NCBI GenBank assembly: GCA_963997925.1
Contig: CAXEOX010000001.1
Location: 16,536 to 80,535, forward strand
Length of the DNA stretch: 64,000 nt
Reading direction: 5' to 3'
Origin: an uncultured bacterium
GTDB lineage: Bacteria; Chloroflexota; Dehalococcoidia; Lucifugimonadales; UBA3495
Shown: positions 9,063 through 17,146 of the stretch, piece by piece
How positions within the stretch are numbered: position 1 is the stretch's first letter
Layout of the letters: the number at the start of each line of letters is the position of its first letter
Translations under genes and position numbers: made by a program
The notes under the pieces: model-generated
Seen by the model: the letters and a program-made list of their open reading frames with translations, nothing else
What the model was told of the DNA's origin: nothing
Databases searched by the model: none

Positions 9063-9440
9063 ATGACAATGCTAGAGACCAAGTTGAGGACAAAGGGCAT
9101 CGACCACACGGTATTACACGTTAAAGACGTGGCCAAGTCTCGGAAATTCTATCTCGACGTGCTGGGAATGACCGTCAACCACGAAGACGCCACCCACGCC
9201 TTTCTCTGGTGCGGCGGCGGGCAAATGGTCGCCTTGTTCCAGGTTGGCGAGGGCACCGACATCAAACCGGGCGATGACGTGAACCACATGGCCCTTCGGA
9301 TAGAATCGGGCACGTACGAAGAAGTAAAGGCGTACTTGGAAAGCAACGGCGCCACCGTGTTCGGACGTCCCGGCGATGACCGGTGCATCTACTTCGACGA
9401 CCCAGACGGGCACCGGCTCCAAATCATGTATCCGGACTAG
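9063..9440 (+). CDS. VOC family protein (glyoxalase/bleomycin-resistance/dioxygenase fold)
   Basis: GIDHTVLHVKDVAKSRKFYLDVLGM...NHMALRIESG...YFDDPDGHRLQI. I shortened the track ORF to the ATG at 9063/9069 next to the GGGAGG RBS. Confidence 0.7.
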   Translation: MTMLETKLRTKGIDHTVLHVKDVAKSRKFYLDVLGMTVNHEDATHAFLWCGGGQMVALFQVGEGTDIKPGDDVNHMALRIESGTYEEVKAYLESNGATVFGRPGDDRCIYFDDPDGHRLQIMYPD

Positions 9441-9550
9441 GAAACCCAGAAATCTGAGAATGGGGAAACTCGGCCCGTGAGACGCCGCAACAGCGGAGTT
9501 CGGAGTAGATCCGCGTCTTCCCCATTCCAGCAGCATTAAGGAGAAGTCCC

Positions 9551-10510
9551 ATGCCCGAACCCAAGCTGACCCTAGCGGTGGAACACTACGACCGCCACAT
9601 CCCATTGCTGGACCGAACGGTGAAGGCCGAAGGTATCCAGCTTGATGTCCGGCATGTCACCGTGGAGTCGGGCCGCCACGAGCGGATGTTGGACGGTTTG
9701 GAGTGGGACTGCGCCGAGCTCTCCCTGTCGTCCTACATCATGGCAATCACCCGGGGCGCGGCGCTGACCGCCATTCCAGTGTTCCCGCGCCGCCTGTTCA
9801 GCCAGTCACAGATGTACGTCAACACCGCCGCCGGTATCAGCGGGCCCCAAGACCTCATCGGCAAAAGGGTCGGTCTGCGCAGTTTCCAGACCACACTATC
9901 GGTGCTGGCCAAGGGCGACTTGCAGCACGAATACGGCATCCCCTTGGACCAGGTTAATTGGATCACCAGCACCGATGAACCCGTATCGTTCCAGGCACCG
10001 GCTGGGGTTTCCATCGAACGGGCTCCCCAAGGGAACAATATAGAAACGATGCTGGTACAAGGCGAGATCGATGCCTACATGGTGCCCCGGATGCCCGTTC
10101 CCTTCGTTGCCGGAGCGCCCGAGGTAGGGCGTCTTTTTCAGGACTCCCGGTCCGAAGAGATTTCCTACTTCCAGCGCAACGGTTTCTACCCCATCATGCA
10201 TCTGGTCGCCATCAAACAGGAAGTCGCCAACCAGCATCCCGAGGTCACTGCCGCTCTGTTCACCGCCTTTGAGCAAGCCAAAGAAACCGCCTTCCGGTTC
10301 TACGACGACCCAAACTGGAGCAGCATGGCCTGGGCGCCCCAACTGGCCCAAGAAGAGCAGCTAATCATGGGCGGCGACACTTGGCCAAATGGGTTGGAAA
10401 AGAATCGAAGCAATCTGGAGCGGTTCATCCAGTACGAACTCGACCAGGGGCTGATCGACGGCCACCTTGAGGTTGAAGACCTGTTCCACGCCAGCAGCCA
10501 CCATCTGTAA
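9551..10510 (+). CDS. PhtD-like protein (4,5-dihydroxyphthalate decarboxylase / NMT1-type periplasmic-binding-protein fold, cytoplasmic)
   Basis: LTLAVEHYDRHIPLLDRTVKAEGIQLD...EWDCAELSLSSYIMA...AIPVFPRRLFSQSQMYVN...DLIGKRVGLRSFQTT matches the PhtD-type family as I remember it. There is no signal peptide, and the RBS is AAGGAG. Confidence 0.6.
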   Translation: MPEPKLTLAVEHYDRHIPLLDRTVKAEGIQLDVRHVTVESGRHERMLDGLEWDCAELSLSSYIMAITRGAALTAIPVFPRRLFSQSQMYVNTAAGISGPQDLIGKRVGLRSFQTTLSVLAKGDLQHEYGIPLDQVNWITSTDEPVSFQAPAGVSIERAPQGNNIETMLVQGEIDAYMVPRMPVPFVAGAPEVGRLFQDSRSEEISYFQRNGFYPIMHLVAIKQEVANQHPEVTAALFTAFEQAKETAFRFYDDPNWSSMAWAPQLAQEEQLIMGGDTWPNGLEKNRSNLERFIQYELDQGLIDGHLEVEDLFHASSHHL

Positions 10511-10572
10511 ACCGGGAACCGGTGCCATCGCTTCTTCCCAAGACCCAATCTCCGGCTAGGATGTAATCTGCC

Positions 10573-11115
10573 ATGCAAGACGACGTACTCCGCCAAGTGG
10601 AGCAGTTCCTATATCGGGAGGCCCGGCTGCTGGACTCCCGGCAGTTTCGCCGGTGGATAGACTTGCTGGCCGACGACCTTCGCTACTGGATCCCCATGCG
10701 CTCCAACCGATACTCCGCCGCCAGCAAGTCCATATCCATCCTAGACGGCTCCCGCTATGAGGAAGACGACCTATCCAAAGAGAGCGATCAGGCGTTCATG
10801 GACGAGGACAAAGGCTCCCTGCGGCGGCGGGTAGATCGGTTGGACACCGGCATGGCCTGGGCGGAAGACCCCCCGTCCCGGACCCGCCATTTGATCTCTA
10901 ATGTGGAAGTAGAGCCGGGAGAGAGAGAGTCGGAGGTAAAGGTCTACTCAAATTTCATCATGTACCGCAGCAGAGGAGAAACCGAGGAGGATTTCTACGT
11001 AGGCAGCCGGGAGGACGTGCTGCGCAACGTAGATGGCAGTTGGCAGCTAGCCAGCCGGAAGATTGTCTTCGAACAGAACGTTCTCTCGGCGAAGAACCTA
11101 AGCAACTTCTTCTAA
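10573..11115 (+). CDS. Aromatic-ring-hydroxylating dioxygenase beta-subunit-like protein (NTF2/SnoaL fold)
   Basis: The segment VEQFLYREARLLDSRQFRRWIDLLADDLRYWIPMRSN is the canonical N-terminal block of RHD small subunits. No Rieske alpha subunit is present in the window. Confidence 0.75.
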   Translation: MQDDVLRQVEQFLYREARLLDSRQFRRWIDLLADDLRYWIPMRSNRYSAASKSISILDGSRYEEDDLSKESDQAFMDEDKGSLRRRVDRLDTGMAWAEDPPSRTRHLISNVEVEPGERESEVKVYSNFIMYRSRGETEEDFYVGSREDVLRNVDGSWQLASRKIVFEQNVLSAKNLSNFF

Positions 11116-11185
11116 CATACCCCCAGCCGGCCTCGTGGCCTGTACTTGGGGGAGAGTCTCCCTTATCGCTCCGAGCACGTCACAT

Positions 11186-11276
11186 GTCATTCCGACCGCA
11201 GGGAGGAATCTGAGCATGTGGTGGTGTCGTCCATTCGAAACACCAGATTCCTCGTCGCTGCGCTCCTCGGAATGAC
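11186..11276. repeat. Inverted pair of GTCATTCCGA..GAATCTG intergenic repeats (REP-like, family 2)
   Basis: GTCATTCCGACCGCAGGGAGGAATCTG (11186-11212) faces CAGATTCCTCGTCGCTGCGCTCCTCGGAATGAC (11244-11276). A third copy lies at 29703-29734. Confidence 0.6.
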
Positions 11277-11401
11277 AAGCTGCGATAACCAAGCCAACCC
11301 CACTAGAAATGTAACGCAGAACCCAGTCCCAAGAAAAAAGCCCCGCCCCGGAGATATCGGGACGGGGCTTAAGTTCATCGCAGCCTAGCTACTGAGAGCG
11401 T

Positions 11402-11839
11402 CTAGCTCTGGGCGGGGGTCTTGGCCGGGGTCAGCTCATAAAGCTGGGTCCTGGCGCCGATCTGCTCGTCCCACCCGCGGTAGCGGATGTCCAACATGAT
11501 GCCGTCGGGGTCGGCATACTTACGGTTCATTTCGCTGCTGTTGTCGCACTTTATAGACCCGGCTTTTTCTACGGCTTCGCAGGACTCTTCCAAGTCGTCT
11601 ACGTAGAAGCCGATGTGGTCCACAGTGCCGGTGGCGCCGGGAGCCAAGGTAGTGGTAACGTCCGGATTGCCAACCTTCAGGATAGCGAAATAGATGTATC
11701 CGTCGCTGAGCCATACGCCGTCCGCCCCGGTGTCTGCAGGCTCTCGACGCAGTTCTGCGAGTCCAAAGTTATCCATGTAGAATGCGGCCGTCTTCGCCGG
11801 GTCCTCGCTGGCTAGCGCGATATGCTTGATTCTTGCCAT
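11402..11839 (-). CDS. VOC family protein (glyoxalase-like)
   Basis: MARIKHIALASEDPAKTAAFYMDNFGL...VDHIGFYVDDLE...KYADPDGIMLDI. I chose the ATG at 11839 with the RBS GAGGAGGAA rather than the track start at 11953. Confidence 0.7.
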   Translation of the reverse strand: MARIKHIALASEDPAKTAAFYMDNFGLAELRREPADTGADGVWLSDGYIYFAILKVGNPDVTTTLAPGATGTVDHIGFYVDDLEESCEAVEKAGSIKCDNSSEMNRKYADPDGIMLDIRYRGWDEQIGARTQLYELTPAKTPAQS

Positions 11840-11975
11840 GATTCCTCCTCTATTTTGGCCCTTGGGGATTTCCTCGGTGTCTTCCAGGTGCAGGGGCATT
11901 TTAGCCCCACTTGTATTGTTGTGGATTGTAGACAGGCGTGCCTGCCCTGTCAATCAGGCGAGTGGCGCCGACAAG

Positions 11976-12908
11976 TTAAACCCGGCCCACCATGCTCTTC
12001 AGAAACTCCATGGTGCGAACCGCTGATGCCGACCGGTCGCTGCTGACCGGCAATATCGAGGCGACAAAATCGGTGGCTCCGGCGCTGGCGAAGTCCCGCA
12101 ACTGCTGCTCCACCTGAGCCTCGTTGCCGATAACCGCTACCTCAGATGGCCCCTCAACACCCTCGATATCCAAAAGCCGCCGGTAGTTGGTTAGCTGGCC
12201 GTAGCGGTTGTAGGTCCGAGCGGCTCGCTCCCTGGCCTCGGAAGTATCGTCGGTCACCGCCACGGGGAGGGAGGCAATAACTCTAGGGCTGGGACGCCCC
12301 GCCGCTTCCGCCGCTTCCCGGATGCGGGGCGATACGTGAGACCCGATGGCCTTCACCCCGCCCATCCAGGTCACCGTGCCATCCGCCATCTCCCCGGCCA
12401 AACGCAGCATCCGGGGAGCCAGAGCGGCGATTACGATGGGAAACGACGACGACCCTGGTACGTTAAGCTCGGCCTTAACCTGGAATGCCTGACCATCGAA
12501 GTCGGCGGAGCCATCCTCCACTAGGGAACGAACCACGGTCAGGTATTCGCGCATGTGCCGCAACGGGTGCTGGTAAGACAGACCCAACGTATCCTCGATG
12601 GATGGTTTGTGGGACAGACCCAACCCCAGCGTCAGCCGCCCCTGAGTTGCCGCCTGAGCCGTCAGGGCATGCTTAGTCATGGCCAGCGGATGGGTGGGAA
12701 AGGTGGGTATCACTGCCGTGCCCAGTTCGATTCGCTCGGTCTGTATACCCGCCAAGGAGATTATGGTCAGGGCGTCGTATCCGAAGCCGGACATCTGGGG
12801 AAACCAGACGCTGTCAAAGCCATCACTCTCGGCCTCAACCACCTGCCGCACCGTATCTTGAAGGGTCATGGCGTCCCGCCGGGCGCCGGGTAACAGACCT
12901 ATGCGCAT
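11976..12908 (-). CDS. LLM-class (luciferase-like) F420/FMN-dependent oxidoreductase
   Basis: The segment MRIGLLPG...AESDGFDSVWFPQ...IELGTAVIPTFPTHPLAMTKHALTAQAATQGRLTLGLGLSHKP is typical of the luciferase-like monooxygenase family. An alternative GTG start lies at 12914. Confidence 0.8.
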   Translation of the reverse strand: MRIGLLPGARRDAMTLQDTVRQVVEAESDGFDSVWFPQMSGFGYDALTIISLAGIQTERIELGTAVIPTFPTHPLAMTKHALTAQAATQGRLTLGLGLSHKPSIEDTLGLSYQHPLRHMREYLTVVRSLVEDGSADFDGQAFQVKAELNVPGSSSFPIVIAALAPRMLRLAGEMADGTVTWMGGVKAIGSHVSPRIREAAEAAGRPSPRVIASLPVAVTDDTSEARERAARTYNRYGQLTNYRRLLDIEGVEGPSEVAVIGNEAQVEQQLRDFASAGATDFVASILPVSSDRSASAVRTMEFLKSMVGRV

Positions 12909-13083
12909 CGTCACGTCCTCATACCGTAAAAGTTAGGCCTCACTTATCGCCCGTCTGGACAACACCCGCTCCAACAACGGCCGCATCCCCAGTTCGCTGG
13001 AGATTGTCATGGACTCGTCCAGCAGGGTGATGGCTTTGGGTAAGCACCCAGCCTTGGCGTGGCAATACGCCCATCACCTGCCC

Positions 13084-13836
13084 CTACTGAGCTGTAAATC
13101 CACCGTCCATCACCAGCTCACTGCCGGTGACGAAGGATGCTTCGTCCGAGGCTAAGTAGAGGACTCCGTAGGCAATCTCCTCGGGTTTGGCGGTGCGACC
13201 TAGGGGGGCACGTTCGTTGGCTTGTTTCTGGAGTTCCGGGTCGGAGAGGCGGTATTCGACCATCGGGGTGTCCACCGCGCCCGGATGCACCGAGTTGACC
13301 CGAATGCCTTCTTTGGCGTATTGGATGGCGGCCGACTTGGTGAATATCCGCACGGCCCCTTTAGACGCGTTGTACACCGGGCTCGTGGAGGCTTGGCCAA
13401 TCAGTCCGGATATGGAGGACGTGTTGACGATGGAGCCTCCTCCGGCCCGCCGCATCTCGGGAATGGCGGCTTTGGTGCCCAGGAAGACACCCTTGGCGTT
13501 GATGTCCATCACTCGGTCCCACTCTTCGACGGTGGTGTCTTCAAGGGTGCCTCTGGATAGCACTCCGGCGTTGTTCACCAGGATATCCAGCTTGCCGAAG
13601 CGGTTGACCGCAGTGGCCACGGCTTCTTGCCATGCCGCCTCGCTGGTAACGTCCAGCGGGACGAAGACGCACTCGCCGCCCGACTCGTTAATCTCGGCTT
13701 CGGTGCGGCGTCCTTCATATTCCAGGATGTCGCCGATGACCACCTTAGCCCCTTCGCTAGCGAACAACTTTGCTTCCGCCGCGCCCATCCCCCTGGCTCC
13801 CCCGCTGATTAGCGCGACCTTGTTTTCCAGCCGCAT
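13084..13836 (-). CDS. SDR family oxidoreductase (classical short-chain dehydrogenase)
   Basis: It has the cofactor motif ISGGARGMG, NNAG, and the catalytic YNASK. The ATG at 13836 has the RBS GGAGGA; the track ORF extends further 5' without support. Confidence 0.85.
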   Translation of the reverse strand: MRLENKVALISGGARGMGAAEAKLFASEGAKVVIGDILEYEGRRTEAEINESGGECVFVPLDVTSEAAWQEAVATAVNRFGKLDILVNNAGVLSRGTLEDTTVEEWDRVMDINAKGVFLGTKAAIPEMRRAGGGSIVNTSSISGLIGQASTSPVYNASKGAVRIFTKSAAIQYAKEGIRVNSVHPGAVDTPMVEYRLSDPELQKQANERAPLGRTAKPEEIAYGVLYLASDEASFVTGSELVMDGGFTAQ

Positions 13837-14017
13837 GTTTCTGTCCTCCGATCGGCTTATCTGGTTTATGCCGGGCGATTGTACCACCCAAATTGGGGGA
13901 TTGAACCATAGAAAATCGTGGCCTAGCTTCGACGCAGGCCTGCTCGATCCGCGCCGGGCGTGATGTAGAATACCTTGATGAAATCCCATGGCGTGGGACG
14001 GCAATCAGGAGGTTCTT

Positions 14018-15568
14018 ATGGCTTATAGCCTGGTGCGCGGCAAGTACGTAATCTCTAAGGTGACCGGACCCAACTCCGCCGTAGTGATTTCCGACGGCGC
14101 AATACTACAACAAGACGGCCAGATCATAGAGGTTGGCGGCTACCAGGACCTCCGCTCCCGTTATCCCAACGAAGAGATTATCGGGTCTTCCAACTATGTG
14201 GTCATGCCGGGTTTGGTCAACGACCATTTCCATGTGGGCCTCACGCCCTTTCAGATGGGCGCCCCCGACCTGCCTTTGGAAATGTGGATGTTGGCCCGCA
14301 TAGGCGCCAGGGCCATTGACCCCTACCTGGACCAGCTATACGGCGCAGTCCAGATGATTGAGTCGGGGACAACCACGGTGCAAGCGATTCACTCCGCCGG
14401 GCGAGGAGTGGCCCCGGTAGACATGGCGGTGGCCGACAAAGTAGTTAAAGCCTATCAAGACTCTGGGATGCGGGTCTCCTACGCTCCGTCCATCGCCGAC
14501 CAGAACTCGATGGTGGCCGGGGCCGGCGGGGGCGAGGAAGATTTCGCGGCGCAGATGCCTGGCGATCTGGCGGAACGATACCGGTCGTTCATGGCCCGCA
14601 GCTACTGGCCGGTGGCCGACGTGATGCCCATCCTGGAGGAGATTTGCTTCAAGTACGGCAACAACCGCCACGAGCGAGTACAAGTTGTCATGGCGCCCAG
14701 CAATGTTCATCGATGCACCGACGAGATGTTGGTGGCCTTAAAGGATATGGCTACCCGCCACCAAACAGGAATCCACATCCATCTGCAAGAAACGGTGTAC
14801 CAAAAGCTGTTCGGCTTGCAGGCCTGGAACAAAACCCCACTGCAGCACTTGAACGACTTGGGGTTCCTGGGGCCTGAGATTACCTGCGGGCACAGCGTTT
14901 GGGCCACGGATGAGGACATCGCGTTGATGGCGGCAACTGGGACCAACGTGTGCCACAACGCCAGCTCCAACCTGCGCCTGCAAAGCGGCATCGCCCCCAT
15001 CGGCAAGATTTTGGCGGCGGGCGTTAGGGTGGCCATGGGCAGCGATGAAGCGGGAATCAACGACGACAAGGACCTGTTCCAAGAGATGCGCATGGTCTTA
15101 AAGCTGCATCGAGTCCCGGGCATCGAACACACCCCTCCTACTTCTTACCAAGTACTGGAGATGGCGACGGTGAACGGAGCCTACGCCAGTATGTTCGGCG
15201 ACCGCATCGGCACCCTGGAGGCGGGCAAACGCGCGGATATGATTCTGCTGGACCTGCGGAACATCGAGGAGCCCTATCTGGACCCTGAAGTTCCAATGGT
15301 CGATGCCGTTGTCCACCGGGGCCGAAGCATAGACGTGGACACAGTTATCGTCGATGGCGAGGTCATCATGCGGGATAGACAATTGACCAAGATAGACAAA
15401 GCGGGGTTATTCAAAGAATTAAAAGAGGCATTGGACCGGCCCCTTACGCCCCAGGAATTAGAACGCCGGGAGCTAAGCTGGCTGGTTGAACCCCACCTGC
15501 GCCAGTTTTACCAGGGGAGTATTCCCATGAACACAACGCCCCACACCAACTACAACGCTCAGTCTTGA
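14018..15568 (+). CDS. Amidohydrolase family protein (chlorohydrolase / aminohydrolase, TRZ-ATZ/SsnA-like)
   Basis: It has the metal motif PGLVNDHFHV and later ...HIHLQET... and ...AMGSDEAG.... The ATG at 14018 follows the RBS AGGAGG. Confidence 0.8.
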   Translation: MAYSLVRGKYVISKVTGPNSAVVISDGAILQQDGQIIEVGGYQDLRSRYPNEEIIGSSNYVVMPGLVNDHFHVGLTPFQMGAPDLPLEMWMLARIGARAIDPYLDQLYGAVQMIESGTTTVQAIHSAGRGVAPVDMAVADKVVKAYQDSGMRVSYAPSIADQNSMVAGAGGGEEDFAAQMPGDLAERYRSFMARSYWPVADVMPILEEICFKYGNNRHERVQVVMAPSNVHRCTDEMLVALKDMATRHQTGIHIHLQETVYQKLFGLQAWNKTPLQHLNDLGFLGPEITCGHSVWATDEDIALMAATGTNVCHNASSNLRLQSGIAPIGKILAAGVRVAMGSDEAGINDDKDLFQEMRMVLKLHRVPGIEHTPPTSYQVLEMATVNGAYASMFGDRIGTLEAGKRADMILLDLRNIEEPYLDPEVPMVDAVVHRGRSIDVDTVIVDGEVIMRDRQLTKIDKAGLFKELKEALDRPLTPQELERRELSWLVEPHLRQFYQGSIPMNTTPHTNYNAQS

Positions 15569-15830
15569 GCAGCTAACCCACATTGGCTTTCCGTGGCGGC
15601 TTGGACTCCGCAGCCGGACCCGTATATACTCCAAGCTCAACTCGGTGATACTACCCAACACATTGAATCACCTTGTGTGCCTGGTGATGTTCTCATATCG
15701 CCCGGTCCGTTCTTTCTGCCGATCACGGACATCACCTGCATCTCGAGTACGACCAGCCTACACACAGGACGGGTCTTCAGAAGTTAAGTTGGCGTCTTTG
15801 GCAACAATCAGTCGTTACCTGCCCTCCTCC

Positions 15831-17081
15831 ATGAGGTACGGGCAGTTTCGGTATTACTGGCTGGCCCTGCTGGCCGGCGTTACGGGCCATCAGATGCTGC
15901 TCCAGTTCACTCTGGGTTGGCTCATCTACCGAATGACCGGCGAACCCAGGTACATCGCTTACCTCGGGGTCGCCATCGCCATCCCCGCTTTGGCACTGAA
16001 CCTCATCGGTGGGGTACTGGCCGACCGGTGGGAGCCCAAATACTTGGTGGCGGCCGCTCAGTCCGTTTCGGCGACTGTGGTAGTGGTGCTGGCTATCCTG
16101 GTCCTCAACGGGGACGTGAAAACGTGGCACATTCTGGCCGCCGGTGTAATTATAGGGGCCGTACAAGCCTTCGACGCGCCCAGCCGCTCCAGCATCTCGC
16201 CCCGTTTGGTGCGCACTGAACATATCGTCAACGCCGTGGCCATGGACTCCATAGTTTGGAACGTCGTACGGGTGCTGGCGCCGGCATTGGCCGGTATAAT
16301 CATCGCCTGGCGGGACATTCCAACATCCATGTTCATCAGCGCCGCTTCTTTCTATCTGCTGGCAGCGGTTCTGACGATCTTAAGGCTGCGGCCCCGCCCT
16401 CCGGCCAAGGGTCGATTCGCCCCTCAGGTAGCCGAGAGCCTACGGTACGTGCGGCAACGTCCAGTTTTCTTCAACGTTATGCTCCTCACCTGCTGTAACA
16501 GCCTGTTCGGCATGTCTTACGTCTTCTTGATGCCCGTGTTTGCCAAAGACGTACTGGATGTTGGGGCTGAAAAGATTGGCTTGCTCCTAGGGGCCTCCGG
16601 AGTAGGCGCCATCATCGGCACATGGTACATCGGCAATCTCAAGGACGGCGCTCCCAAGGGCCAGTTGATTTTGGCCGGAGCGGCCTTATACGGGCTCACC
16701 CAGATCCTCTTCGCCATGGCGGCCTGGCAGGGTAGCTATACGGCATCCATGGCCATGCTGGTATTGGTAGGCGCGTCCAACTCCCTGTACCTCGTCGGAG
16801 GCCTCAGCACCATACAACAACTGGTCCCGGAACAGCTTCGGGGCCGGGTCATGGGACTCTACGGCATAACCTGGAGTCTGGCCCCACTGGGAATGACACA
16901 GGGGGGAATGATTGCCCAATACATCGGCGCTCCCTGGGCGGTGGCTCTAGGGGCGATGGTCATGATTGTGGTTTCAGGGTTAATGTACGTCCTGAGCCCC
17001 GACCTGAGAAATCTCAGAGCCGGAGCGGTTGAGCAACTACCTCCAACCCACGCGGTTTCAGTTGCCGATGATGACGATTAG
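15831..17081 (+). CDS. MFS transporter (MFS_3 subfamily, paralog of 1201..2478)
   Basis: FRYYWLALLAGVTGHQMLLQFTLGWLIY...ADRWEPKYL. About 12 TM helices are predicted. The start is uncertain (ATG 15831 or upstream TTG 15789). Confidence 0.8.
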   Translation: MRYGQFRYYWLALLAGVTGHQMLLQFTLGWLIYRMTGEPRYIAYLGVAIAIPALALNLIGGVLADRWEPKYLVAAAQSVSATVVVVLAILVLNGDVKTWHILAAGVIIGAVQAFDAPSRSSISPRLVRTEHIVNAVAMDSIVWNVVRVLAPALAGIIIAWRDIPTSMFISAASFYLLAAVLTILRLRPRPPAKGRFAPQVAESLRYVRQRPVFFNVMLLTCCNSLFGMSYVFLMPVFAKDVLDVGAEKIGLLLGASGVGAIIGTWYIGNLKDGAPKGQLILAGAALYGLTQILFAMAAWQGSYTASMAMLVLVGASNSLYLVGGLSTIQQLVPEQLRGRVMGLYGITWSLAPLGMTQGGMIAQYIGAPWAVALGAMVMIVVSGLMYVLSPDLRNLRAGAVEQLPPTHAVSVADDDD

Positions 17082-17146
17082 CGGCTTCAACTTTTAGCGC
17101 TAAACAATATCCCCAAACGGGAATCTCAAGGATAGGACGGTACGAC

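Noticed and set aside
11098-11388. I noticed ORFs 11098..11292 (-), 11146..11388 (+) and 11187..11378 (-) after the RHD-beta-like gene, plus 54433..54672 (-).
   Set aside because: They are made up of the REP-like repeat units (for example HSEERSDEES from GTCATTCCGAGGAGCGCAGCGACGAGGAATC, and SLSKGPSAEQRSDRLTTNG from the CGACAGGC hairpin). They are repeat-derived, not genes.
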